From Anaeramoeba ignava BMAN (lineage: Eukaryota > Protista > Anaeramoebae), in NCBI GenBank assembly GCA_028826165.1, contig JAPDFW010000100.1, forward strand, positions 62,001-126,000: a DNA stretch of 64,000 nucleotides, written 5' to 3'. The first letter of the stretch is position 1. Each line of letters begins with the position of its first letter. This document shows, one piece after another, positions 26,063 to 37,779 of this stretch. The notes beneath the pieces were generated by a model. It was not told where the DNA came from. It searched no databases and saw nothing but the letters and a program-made list of their open reading frames with translations. The translations under genes were made by a program, and so were the position numbers.

Positions 26063-28036
26063 TCAGAAAAAAAGAAAAAAAGAAAAAAAGAAAATTGAAA
26101 TTGAAATTGAAAGAGAATTGAAAAGAAAAGAAGGTGAATTAGAAAAAGGTGAATTTGGAATTGAGATATTAAGTGTTGCAGTTGTTGAATAATAAATTGT
26201 TGAATTGATTTCTTCATAAATTGAATAATTAATTGTAATTATTGTTTCTTTACCTCCAAGAATATAAATCATTTTAGAATTTTGAGGTAATGTTGAGCCA
26301 GTTTTAATAGTATTATATCCTTCTGAATCTGAATAGAAATTTGCACCATTTGCTTCTAAAATATTCTCAATTATTACAGTGAAATTATATTCTTTTAAAA
26401 TACTTTCACATTCAAGTTCAATTCCTTCAATTTTTCCAGTTTTTAAATTTACTTTTTGATTATTAACTTGAAGAAAATTTTGAATTATAATATTTTCATT
26501 ACAATTTGTTGAATTTTTTCCTCTATTATTTGTAACAAAATATGAAAAATTAATTAATTGTTGAGATGAATGATTTAAATTTTCTTCATATTCATAAATA
26601 ACACTCCAATTATTTAAAGATCTATAATCAACAATAGTATCATTTGAAATAATTTTTGAACCTTTAGTTTGATTTGAAAGAATTTGATAAATTGATCCAT
26701 TTAAAGGAATTGAATTAATTATTGCATTATCAAGATTTGAATATTGATCATTTCCAATTAAAGAAATTTGACAAGATTTATCAATATTAATACAATAAGT
26801 TGATAAAGAAGAACAATATGGATTTGGAGGATTTATTGAAACATTAAATTGAATTGAATAAGGAGGATTTGGAAATGTTGAAAAATTATTAGTTTCATCA
26901 AAAAGTGAAATATTCCATTTAGTAATATAAGAATCAAGTTCCACATTTCCTTCAAAAAGAAATTGAGAAGATAAATTAACAATTAATTCTTGTTCAATAT
27001 AAATCAAACTTCCTTTTATTCCATCAAAAAATGTGTAAATATATCCATAGACTTGGTCAAAAATATCAATTGTTTTCAATATAAATGTATCATTTGTTTC
27101 ATTTGTAAAAGATTCAAGACTGATAATATCTATTTATTTTATTTTCCAAAAAAATTTATTTTTAATTTAAATTCAAATTCAAATTCCAAAAAATAAAAAT
27201 AAAAATAAAAATAAAAATAAAAATAAAAAAATACCTTTTAATTGAAAAGTTTTGTTTGTTTGAATATTTAATGAATTAATTAAAATTGATGGAGGAGCAG
27301 GAGGTGGTCCATTATTAAATCTACTTAAAATATATGAAGATGAAAGTTCACTTCCATAAACTCCTAAATACATAAATTTTGACCATACAGAGATATACAT
27401 TCCTGAATCACCTTCAGGAATTGTTAAATAATTATTCCCATCAGAATGAATAATTGAATTAATCAAAGTTCCATTATAATAAGTTGAAAAATTTCCATTT
27501 TTTTTATAAGTAAAAACAATATGATTTAAGAATCCAAATGATGAAATATTGGAATAAAGAACTTTTGAGTTTTGATTTGGATCAAAAATCCAAATTTGAA
27601 TTTGAGGAGGAGATTTAGATGTATCAGTTTCTGCTATCAAAAAGTAACCATTATGTGATTTCATTTCAAATAGAATACTACCGAAGTTATTTGGAAGAGG
27701 TTGAAGAAACCAAAATTCCAAAGAAGCTTGCTCAGTATATGAAGTTGAATTTAATCCACATCCTTGAGTTAAATCAGAACAATTACAATATATTGGATTG
27801 CTTGCAATACCATTACTTTGACTCAAATTAACACCAGAACTAAAAAGTGAAGGATAAAGCCAATTTCCAGAAACACCAGAGAAAAAGAAAGTTTGATCAG
27901 GTAAAGAAGCAGCAATATCACCTTCTCCTTCATTAAATTTAAATTCAAATTGTTTATTAACTTGAGATAATCTAATTTCAATTAAAAAAATCAAAAAAAT
28001 AAATTGAAAAAGATTAAATTTAAAATTATTTGCCAT
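26063..28036 (-). CDS. LamG/ConA-fold surface glycoprotein, copy C (622 aa), probable GPI anchor
   Basis: Exon1 28036-27235, intron 27234-27130, exon2 27129-26063. Paralog of copies A and B. Confidence 0.8.
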
Positions 28037-28724
28037 TTGTTTTGTTTTTTTGATTAATTAAAATTTTGTTTTTGTTTTTGTTTTGGAAAAGAAAAAAAAA
28101 ATGGATTTTTTAATTTAAAACATTTTTTTTTCTTAAAAACTCATTAATTAATTAGTCATTTTATTTTATTTTTATTTTAATTTTATTATTTAATATTATT
28201 TAATTTAATTAAAAAATATATAAAAAAATGGTAAATTTAATCAAATCAAGATCAAATCAAGATCAAATTTAAAACAAAATTTAAAATTAAAACAAAAACA
28301 AAAATTCAAACAAAAAAAAATTTTTTTTTTCAATATAAAATTTAATTTTGATCAATAAATAAATTAAATTAAATTAATTAAATAAAAAGAAAAATTTATT
28401 ATTTTGAATTTAATTTTAAATAAAAAAGAAAAGGAAATTAAAATTGCTTTTTTTTTGGATTTTATTTTTTTGTTTGGAAATTTAAAATTAAAATTTACAA
28501 TACAAAAAAAATATTTCTCAATTTGAAAAATTTGAATAAATCATTTGAACAAGAAAAAAGAAAAAATAATAATAAATAATAAATAATAAATAATAAATAA
28601 TAAATAATAAATAATAAATAATAAATTAAATTATTTGGTTTTGAATAATTTTAATGAATTAGAAATTTGAAATCAATTCAAAATAAAAATGGAAATAAAA
28701 ATTAAAAGGAATTCAAAATAAAAA

Positions 28725-31700
28725 TCATTTCTTTTTCTTTGAATTTTGTTGTTGTTGTTGTTGCTGATAAAATTGTTGTTGTTGATAAAATTGTTGAGGA
28801 TTTTGTTGATAGAATTGTTGTTGTTGTTGTTGTTGTCGATAAAGTTGTTGTTGGTAAAATTGTTGTTGGTAAAATTGTTGTTGATTAATTTGTTGTTGAT
28901 AAAGTTGAGGATTTTGTTGAGTCTTCTTTTGATTTTGATTTGTACTTTTACTTTGATTCATTTGATTCATTTGATTCATTTGTTGTTGATAAAGTTGTGG
29001 GTTTTGTTGATAGTTCATTTGTTGATAATTCATTTGATTTGGATTTTGAATTTGATTTTGATTTAGAATTTTCTTTTGATTTTGATTTGGACTTTTACTT
29101 TTGTTTTGATTTTGATTTTGATTTTGATTTGGACTTTTACTTTGATTTTGATTTTGATTTTGATTTTGAAATTGATAGTTCATTTGTTGATAATTCATTT
29201 GTTGATAATTCATTTGATTTGGATTTTGAATTTGATTTTGATTTAGAATTTTCTTTTGATTTTGATTTGGACTTTTACTTTGATTTTGATTTTGATTTTG
29301 ATTTTGATTTTGATTTTGATTTTGATTTTGATTTTGATTTTGATTTTGAAATTGATAGTTCATTTGTTGATTCATTTGTTGATAATTCATTTGTGGATTC
29401 ATTTGATAATTGATTTGAGTTCATTTTGTTGATAATTCATTTGTGGATTCATTTGATAATTGATTTGATTTGGATTTTGCTGATAATTCATTTGTGGATT
29501 CTTAACTTGAATTTTATTCATAGCTTTTAGGAATTTCTCCACCAGTTTCAATAATTTTCAATAACTCTTTTTTCTCCATTTCTCTTGATAAAACAAAAGA
29601 ATCAACTTTATTACGCAAAATCTTTAAAGAATTCTAAATTTTGAAATTAAAATTAAAATTAAAATTAAAATTAAAATTGAAATTGAAATTAAAATTATTA
29701 CTTGGAATATTGTATAAAAATGCTTTCCATTTCCAAGATCTGTTAGAATTCCTGGATAAGCAGAAATTGCTGTTGAAAAAACTTGCAAAATATTTTCACT
29801 TTGATTCGATTTCTCAACTTCATTCTTTGATTCAAGAAATTTGCCATTTAATTCTTTTAAATTCTCAATCAATTCTTCTTGTTCATCAAATTGGCTTTCA
29901 ATATTTTCAATTAATTCACCATAAATTTCTTGAATTCTAGATAAGAAAATTGAATCATTAATGCTTTGTTCATCAAAATTAAGAAAAAAATTTGCTGAAT
30001 TTTCTTGTTCTTTTTTCATATTAATTTCCATCATTGTTTTTTGTCTTAATTGAATAATTTCTTCTAAATTTTCAAAAAGTGTTTTTAAATTTTGTCCAAT
30101 TTCTCTTGTTTTTTCACTAATTTGTTTTGAAGTTTGCTCTTGAATTTTTTGTTCAATTTCTTCTTTACTTAAATCAATCATTTCAAGTCCAATTTTATTT
30201 TTGGAAATTTTTTTATCAACATAAGAATCTGATTTTGAAGCTTTTTCCAAACCTTCTGAATATTGACCAATTTCTTTCATCAATTTTGCATTTAATTCTC
30301 CTGATGTTGGACTTAATTTTATTCCAAAATAAAATTAAAATTAATTGAAAAATGAATATATTTTTTTTCTTTTTATTTATATTTATTTATATTTATTTAC
30401 CGACTCCATTTTGTTCCATTTTTTAATCTGATTTGTAAATCATCTTCATCTTCTTTTCGTAAAACTTGAAGTGTTTCTGTTAAATATTCTTGGCATTGTT
30501 TTCTTAAATTTTGGTTTGATTTTTGGAATTCTAAAACTGCATTTGATCCACCCTGTTTTAATATTGATTTAAATTTTGATTTAAATTTGATTTAATTTTG
30601 ATTTAATTTTGATTTGAATTTTGATTTAATTTTGATTTAATTTTGATTTAAATTTGATTTAAATTTGATTTAAATTTGATTTAATTTTGATTTAAATTTG
30701 ATTTAATTTTGATTTAAATTTGATTTAATTTTGATTTAAATTTTGATTTAATTTTGATTTAAATTTTGATTTAAATTTGATTTAAATTTGATTTAATTTT
30801 GATTTAATTTTGATTTAATTTTGATTTAAATTTGATTTAATTTTGATTTAATTTTGATTTAATTTTGATTTAGATTTGATTTGAATTTGATTTTGATTTA
30901 ATTTGATTTAATTTTGATTTTGATTTATTTTTAATTTAATTTTGATTTATTTTTAATTTAAATTTGATTTAATTTTGATTTAAATTTGATTTAATTTTGA
31001 TTTAATTTTGATTTAATTTTGATTTAATTTTGATTTAATTTTGATTTAAATTTGATTTAAATTTGATTTAATTTTGATTTAAATTTGATTTAAATTTGAT
31101 TTAATTTTGATTTAATTTTGATTTTAAATTTGATTTAATTTTCTACTTGTGTTTTGCATTGAGAAAGTTTTTCATTCAATTCTTCTGGAATTCCATTTGC
31201 AATATCTAAAGCAAGAAATGAACCAGGTAAGCCTAATTGAGTAAATAATGATTCAATCTCTTGATTTTTTGTAAGAATTTGATTTTCTAATGAATCGATT
31301 TTTTGATTCCAAAATTCATTATATTTTTCAATAGCTTCTTGAACATGAAAAGGAACCAATCCTTCAAATGGATCTCCATCAAGATATTGATTTAAATCTG
31401 GAAATGGAGTTGGTGTTACAAGTGATTGTGCTGGTATTTCTGATAATGAATTCATATCTGGAATTTCTGAATGATAAATTGTATCATTTTCTTTTGTTGC
31501 TAATTCCGTTTCTTTTTGGATTATCTAAGATTACATTTTGAATTTTAATTTTAATTTTAATTTTAATTTTAATTTTAATTTTAATTTTAATTTTAATTTT
31601 AATTTTAATTTTAATTTTAATTATTTTAATTTTAATTTTAATTTTAATTTTAATTTTAATTTTAATTTTAATTTTAATTTTAATTTTAATTTTAATTTTA

Positions 31701-34028
31701 ATTTTAATTTTAATTTTAATTATAAATTTGATTTTAACTTTTTGTAATCTTTCAACTGTTTCTTTTAAATAAGAACAATTCTTTAAATAATTAGACATTG
31801 TTTTTGCAAATGAATTTGCTAGTTGTAATCTTGAAACTCTTTTTCCATATTCTTGAGTTGATTCAAGAAATTTAGCTTCATATTGATTTGCAATAGCTTT
31901 AAAATAAAGTTTCTTAATTTCTAAATGAGGAGTAAAAGACTATTTTATATTTTATAAATTAATTTTAATTTTAATTTTATAAATTAATTTTAAATTTTAA
32001 ATTCAAAAATTTACTTTCTCAACAGAATTATTAATTGGAGATGATTTTAAAAATTGAATTGATTTTTCATAATAAAGAGAAGTTTGAAACGCAAGTTTTT
32101 TAGTAATTGTTGGTTTCATTTCAGATTTTATTGCTTTTTTAACAATGCACTCTTGAGCTTGTGCAAGCATTAAAGAAATAATCATTTCAATTGAATTTAG
32201 TGAAAAATCATTAGTTATTCCTTTTGGAAGTTTGTTTAATAATTCATTTTTAATATAACTAAAAATTCCAGCTGAAAATTGAAAATTTTGTAAAGCTTGT
32301 TTCATTCCATCTTCCGAATCAATATTTTCTAATAAACCTTTTGAGTTTGATAATGCTCCAATATTGAACAATATACTTGCCTTTTCAAACTCAATTTCCG
32401 TTGAAGCTTTTTTATTTTTTATATTTATATTTATATTTATATTTATATATTTAGATTTATATTTATATTTATATTTATATTTATATTTATATTTATATTT
32501 ATATTTATATTTATATTTATATTTATATTTATATTTATATTTATATTTATATTTATATTTATATTTATATTTATATTTATATTTATATTTATATTTATAT
32601 TTATATTTATATTTATATTTATATTTATATTTATATTTATATTTATATTTTATATTTTATATTTATATTTTATATTTTTATATTTATATTTATATTTTAT
32701 ATTTATATTTTTATATTTTATATTTTATTTTTATTTATTTATATTTATATTTATATTTATATTTATATTTATATTTATATTTTATATTTATATTTTATAT
32801 TTTTATATTTATATTTATATTTATATTTATATTTTATATTTATATTTATATTTATATTTATATTTATATTTATATTTATATTTATATTTATATTTATATT
32901 TATATTTATATTTATATTTATATTTATATTTATATTTGTATTATATTTATATTTATATTTATATTTATATTTATTTTATATTTATAATTATATTTATATT
33001 TATATTATATTTATATTTATATTTATATTTATATTTATATATTATATTTTATATTTATATTTATATTTATATTTATATTTATATTTATATTTATATTTAT
33101 ATTTATATTTTGATTTATATTTATATTTATAATTATAATTTATATTTATATTTATATTTATATTTATAAATTTATATTTATATTTATATTTATATTTATA
33201 TTTATATTTATAATTATATTTATATTTATATTTATATTTATATTTATATTTATATTTATATTTATATTTATATTTATATTTATATTTATATTTATATTTA
33301 TATTTTATATTTATATTTATAATTATATTTATTTTATATTTATATTTAGATTTATATTTATATTTAGATTTATATTTATATTTATATTTATATTTATATT
33401 TATATTTATATTTATATTTATATTTATATTTAGATTTATATTTATATTTATATTTATATTTATAATTATATTTATATTTATATTTATATTTATATTTATA
33501 TTTATATTTATATTTATATTTATATTTATATTTATATTTATATTTATATTTATATTTATATTTATATTTATATTTAATTTATATTTATATTTATATTTAT
33601 ATTTATATTTATAATTATATTTTATTCTGTATTTTCTTTTTGATCTATTTTGGAATAGAAAAATTACCAAAAATTTTATTCTTAAAAGCATCAAACCAAA
33701 TCCAATTTATTTTTAAAGCTTTTTTATCTGAACTTTTTGTTGGTAATTTTTTTGTTAGTAAATCCAAAAAGCTATAATACCTTTTAATAATAAAAAATTT
33801 AAATAAATTTTTTTTGCTTTTTTTTTTATATTTTCACAAAAGTTACTTTAAAAAAGAATCAATAGAACTAATTTGAGTACAATTTTGAATATTTTCTCTT
33901 AAATTTTGAATTTGTTGAGCATCTTGTTTATAATTTTCAAAGGAATTATTATAATTTTGATTAATAAATAATTGTAAATTTTGGAATAAATCAATTTTTT
34001 GAGTTTTTTTAAAAGGAATTGAAAGCAT
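28725..34028 (-). CDS. ALIX: ALIX/Bro1-family ESCRT-associated protein (Bro1 + V domain); the Q/N/Y-rich tail is out of frame as given
   Basis: Exons 34028-33847, 33780-33668, 32406-32015, 31939-31739, 31524-31147, 30552-30401, 30311-29702, 29621-29514, all GT-AG and in frame. Motifs MLSIPFKKT, WFDAF, FEKASILFNIGAL, LMLAQAQEC, KENDTIYH, GKHFY. TAA at 29516-29514; the Q-rich ORF 29402-28725 follows in a shifted frame. Confidence 0.9.
30565..31140. repeat. (TTTGATTTAA[A/T])n satellite in ALIX intron 5
   Basis: 11-mer tandem array. Confidence 0.9.
32408..33625. repeat. (ATTTAT)n satellite filling ALIX intron 2
   Basis: About 1.2 kb of hexamer repeat between the splice sites. Confidence 0.95.
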
Positions 34029-34139
34029 TTTTTGTTTTTAAATTGAAAATAAAAAAGAAGAAAAAAAAAAATAAAATTTTAAAAAAGAATAATTTTTTAT
34101 CATTTTTTTTTTCATTTTTTTTTTCATTTTTTTTTAATA

Positions 34140-37100
34140 ATGTCAACTCAACTTCCTAAACATATGGTTCGTTTATCTCAACTTATTCAACTTCCTGAAA
34201 ATCAATATTGTGCTGATTGTCACCAACATGGTAATTTAAATTATTAAAAAAAATTTTTTTATTTATTCAATTTTAACAAAACAAAAAATAATAAATAAAA
34301 ACGTTTTTAAACGTTTTTACACATGAGATCATTTTTTATTAATTTTTGATCTTTTCTTTTTCAAATTTTTTCTTATATTTTTCGTCTTTCAATTAATTTT
34401 AATTTTAATTTCAATTTTATAAATAATTTTATAAATAATTTTATATTTAATTTTATAAATAATTTTATATTTAATTTTATAAATAATTTTATATATAATT
34501 TTATAAATAATTTTATAAATAATTTTATAAATAATTTTATATTTAATTTTATATATAATTTTATATTTAATTTTATAAATAATTTTATAAATAATTTAAT
34601 AAATAATTTTATAAATAATTTAATAAATAATTTTATAAATAATTTTATAAATAATTTTATAAATAATTTTATAAATAATTTTATAAATAATTTTATAAAT
34701 AATTTTATTAATAATTTTATATTTAATTTTATAAATAATTTTAATAAATAATTTTATAATTAATTTTATAAATAATTTTATAAATAATTTTATAAATAAT
34801 TTCATCATTAATTTTATAATTAATTTTATAAATAATTTTATATTTAATTTTAAAAATAATTTTATAAATAATTTTATAAATAATTTTATATTTAATTTTA
34901 TAAATAATTTTATAAATAATTTTATAAATAATTTTTATATTTAATTTTATAAATAATTTTATAAATAATTTTTATATTTAATTTTATAAATAATTTTATA
35001 AATAATTTTATAAATAATTTTATAAATAATTTTATAAATAATTTTATAAATAATTTTATAAATAATTTTATATTTAATTTTACATTTAATTTTATATTTA
35101 ATTTTACATTTAATTTTTATATATAATTTTATATTTAATTTTTATATTTAATTTAATAATTAATTTTATAAATAATTTTATAAATAATTTTATATTTAAT
35201 TTTTACATTTAATTTTATAAATAATTTTATAAATAATTTTATATTTAATTTTATAAATAATTTAATAAATAATTTTATATTTAATTTTATAAATAATTTT
35301 ATAAATAATTTTATAAATAATTTTATATTTAATTTTATAAATAATTTTATAAATAATTTTATAAATAATTTTATAAATAATTTTATATTTAATTTAATAA
35401 ATAATTTTATAAATAATTTTAATTTTAATTTTATATTTAATTTTAAAAAACAAAGGACCAAGATGGGCAAGTACTAATCTTGGAATTTTTATATGTATCA
35501 ACTGTTCCGGAGTTCATCGTTCATTGGGAGTTCACATTTCAAAAGTTCGTTCAGTAACTTTAGATTCTTGGACAGCAGATCAAGTACGGAGTATGGAACT
35601 AATCGGTAACAAACGAGCCAATAAATATTGGGAAGCCAAACTGCCGAAGCAATTTAGCCGACCATCTCCACATGATTCAGCAAATTTGGCACGATTTATA
35701 AGAGAAAAATATGAAAGAAAATTTTATATTGGAGATAAAAAACATTTGATTGACTCAATGTCTGGTTTAAAACAAAAGAAGCCAAAAAGACCTTCAAAAC
35801 CAAAAGATTCTCATAAAGATAAACATAAAGATAAAGGCAATGATAATCATAAAGATGTTGATAATGAATATAAACATAAGCATAAGGATCATAAACATAA
35901 AGATCATAAACATAAAGATAAAAATAAAGATAAACATAAAGATAAACATAAAGATAAACATAAAGATAAACATAAAGATAAACATAAAGATAAACATAAA
36001 GATGTTGATGATAATAAAAATTCCCATAAAAAGTCAAAAAGTCACGATTTTAAAAATAATTCTCTTTTTGATTCAAAACAAAATCCTCAAAATCAATTGG
36101 AATTGGTTTCTATTGATCATGATTCTCCTCAATCTTTAGTTCAAAATGTATTGTTTTCATCTTTTTTTTTTCTTTTCTTTTCTTTTTCTTTTTTTTACTT
36201 AATTTATTTTTTATTATTTTTTTAACAAATTTAGGAAAAATTATTTAGTGGTTTGTGTTCTTTCCTTTTACAGAAAATTATTTATAAAATTATTTATAAA
36301 ATTATTTATAAAATTATTTATAAAATTAATTATAAAATTAAATATAAAATTATTTATAAAATTATTTATAAAATTATTTATAAAATTATTTATAAAATTA
36401 TTTATAAAATTAATTATTAAATTATTTATAAAATTATTAATAAAATTATTAATAAAATTAAATATAAAATTATTTATAAAATTAAATATAAAATTAATTA
36501 TAAAATTATTTATAAAATTAAATATAAAATTATTTATAAAATTATTTATAAAATTAAATATAAAATTATTTATTAAAATTAATTATAAAATTATTTATAA
36601 AATTATTTATAAAATTATTTATAAAATTATTTATAAAATTAAATATAAAATTATTTATTAAATTATATATAAAATTATTTATTAAATTATTTATAAAATT
36701 ATTTATAAAATTATTTATAAAATTATTTATAAAATTAATTATAAAATTAAATATAAAATTAAATATAAAATTAAATATAAAATTATTTATAAAATTATTT
36801 ATAAAATTAATTATAAAATTAAATATAAAATTAAATATAAAATTAAATATAAAATTATTTATAAAATTATTTATAAAATTATTTATAAAATTATTTATAA
36901 AATTATTTATAAAATTATTTATAAAATTATTTATAAAATTATTTATAAAATTATTTATAAAATTAAATATAAAATTAAATATAAAATTATTTATAAAATT
37001 ATTTATTAAATTAAATATAAAATAGAAAATGCTTTTTATGGAAACTCTTTAAAATTCGAAAACCAAGAAGAACCAAGAAAAGATCCAGATCCAGATCTAC

Positions 37101-37534
37101 AAGAAACTAAACAAAATGAAAGTAAAGAAAATGGGAAAAATGATAACAAAGAAGATAACACTGATATATTTACATTATTTTATGATCAAAAAGAGCCATC
37201 AATATCAAGAACAATATCAACACCAGCAGTTTTAAACAAAGATTACATCATGTCTCTATTTGATCATCCTGATTTTTATCCAACAAACCGAAATCCAACA
37301 CAATCAACACAACAAACTCCAATAAAAAAGTCAATAATTCCAAAAGCAAATGGAAATTCCAAAAATCAATCCAAAAATCAATCCAAAAATCAATCCAAAA
37401 ATCAATCCAAAAATCAATCCAAAAATCAATCCAAAAATGATCCATTTGCTGATTTAGACCAATTTGGAATCACTCATTCTATGAAAATATCAAAAACTCC
37501 TCATAGCTTTGATCAAAGTTTTTTCGATTTTTAG
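34140..37534 (+). CDS. ArfGAP (SMAP/AGD5-like) with HKDK repeats and C-terminal DPF/FxDF-type motifs
   Basis: Exons 34140-34230, 35456-36147, micro-exon 36235-36250, 37026-37534. Zn finger CADC…PRWASTNLGIFICINCSGVHRSLGVHISKVRSVTLDSW; FIREKYERK. Confidence 0.9.
34412..35445. repeat. (ATAAATAATTTT / ATATTTAATTTT)n satellite in ArfGAP intron 1
   Basis: 12-mer tandem array with two main variants. Confidence 0.92.
36274..37022. repeat. (AAAATTATTTAT / AAAATTAAATAT)n satellite in ArfGAP intron 3, the reverse complement of the intron 1 satellite
   Basis: Both variants are exact reverse complements of the intron 1 units. Confidence 0.92.
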
Positions 37535-37779
37535 ATTCAATTTTTTTTTTGTTCCATTTTTTTTAATCAATTTTTAATAATTCAATTCTTTTTTTTTTCT
37601 TTTCAAGATTAATTCAAAAAAGAAGATAAATTTTTTTTTTTTGAAAGAATTAATTCATTTCTTAATAAAATTTTTTTTAAAATCATTTCATTTTTTTTTC
37701 ATTTTTTTTTTTAAATAGAATTGAATAAATTTATAAATCTTTTTTTCACTTGTTTTCATTAACTTATTTTCATTTAAAA

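Larger units (their letters stand above)
21890..28495. repeat. Tandem segmental-duplication unit 3 (Y + Z + satellite + LamG copy C + partial X)
   Basis: Colinear with unit 2; homology ends at the start of the AAAATT tract near 28490. Confidence 0.85.

Noticed and set aside
28746-29413. Antisense poly-Leu and FD-repeat ORFs (also 45743-46348, 50186-50374, 41563-41919)
   Set aside because: Shadows of Q/NQ/EN repeats on the coding strand.
32364-33694. YL/YI/IN-repeat ORFs, and similarly the KI/NF ORFs at 4872-5289, 21189-21398, 31484-31798 and the KLFI ORFs at 34620-36661
   Set aside because: Microsatellite translations in introns or spacers.
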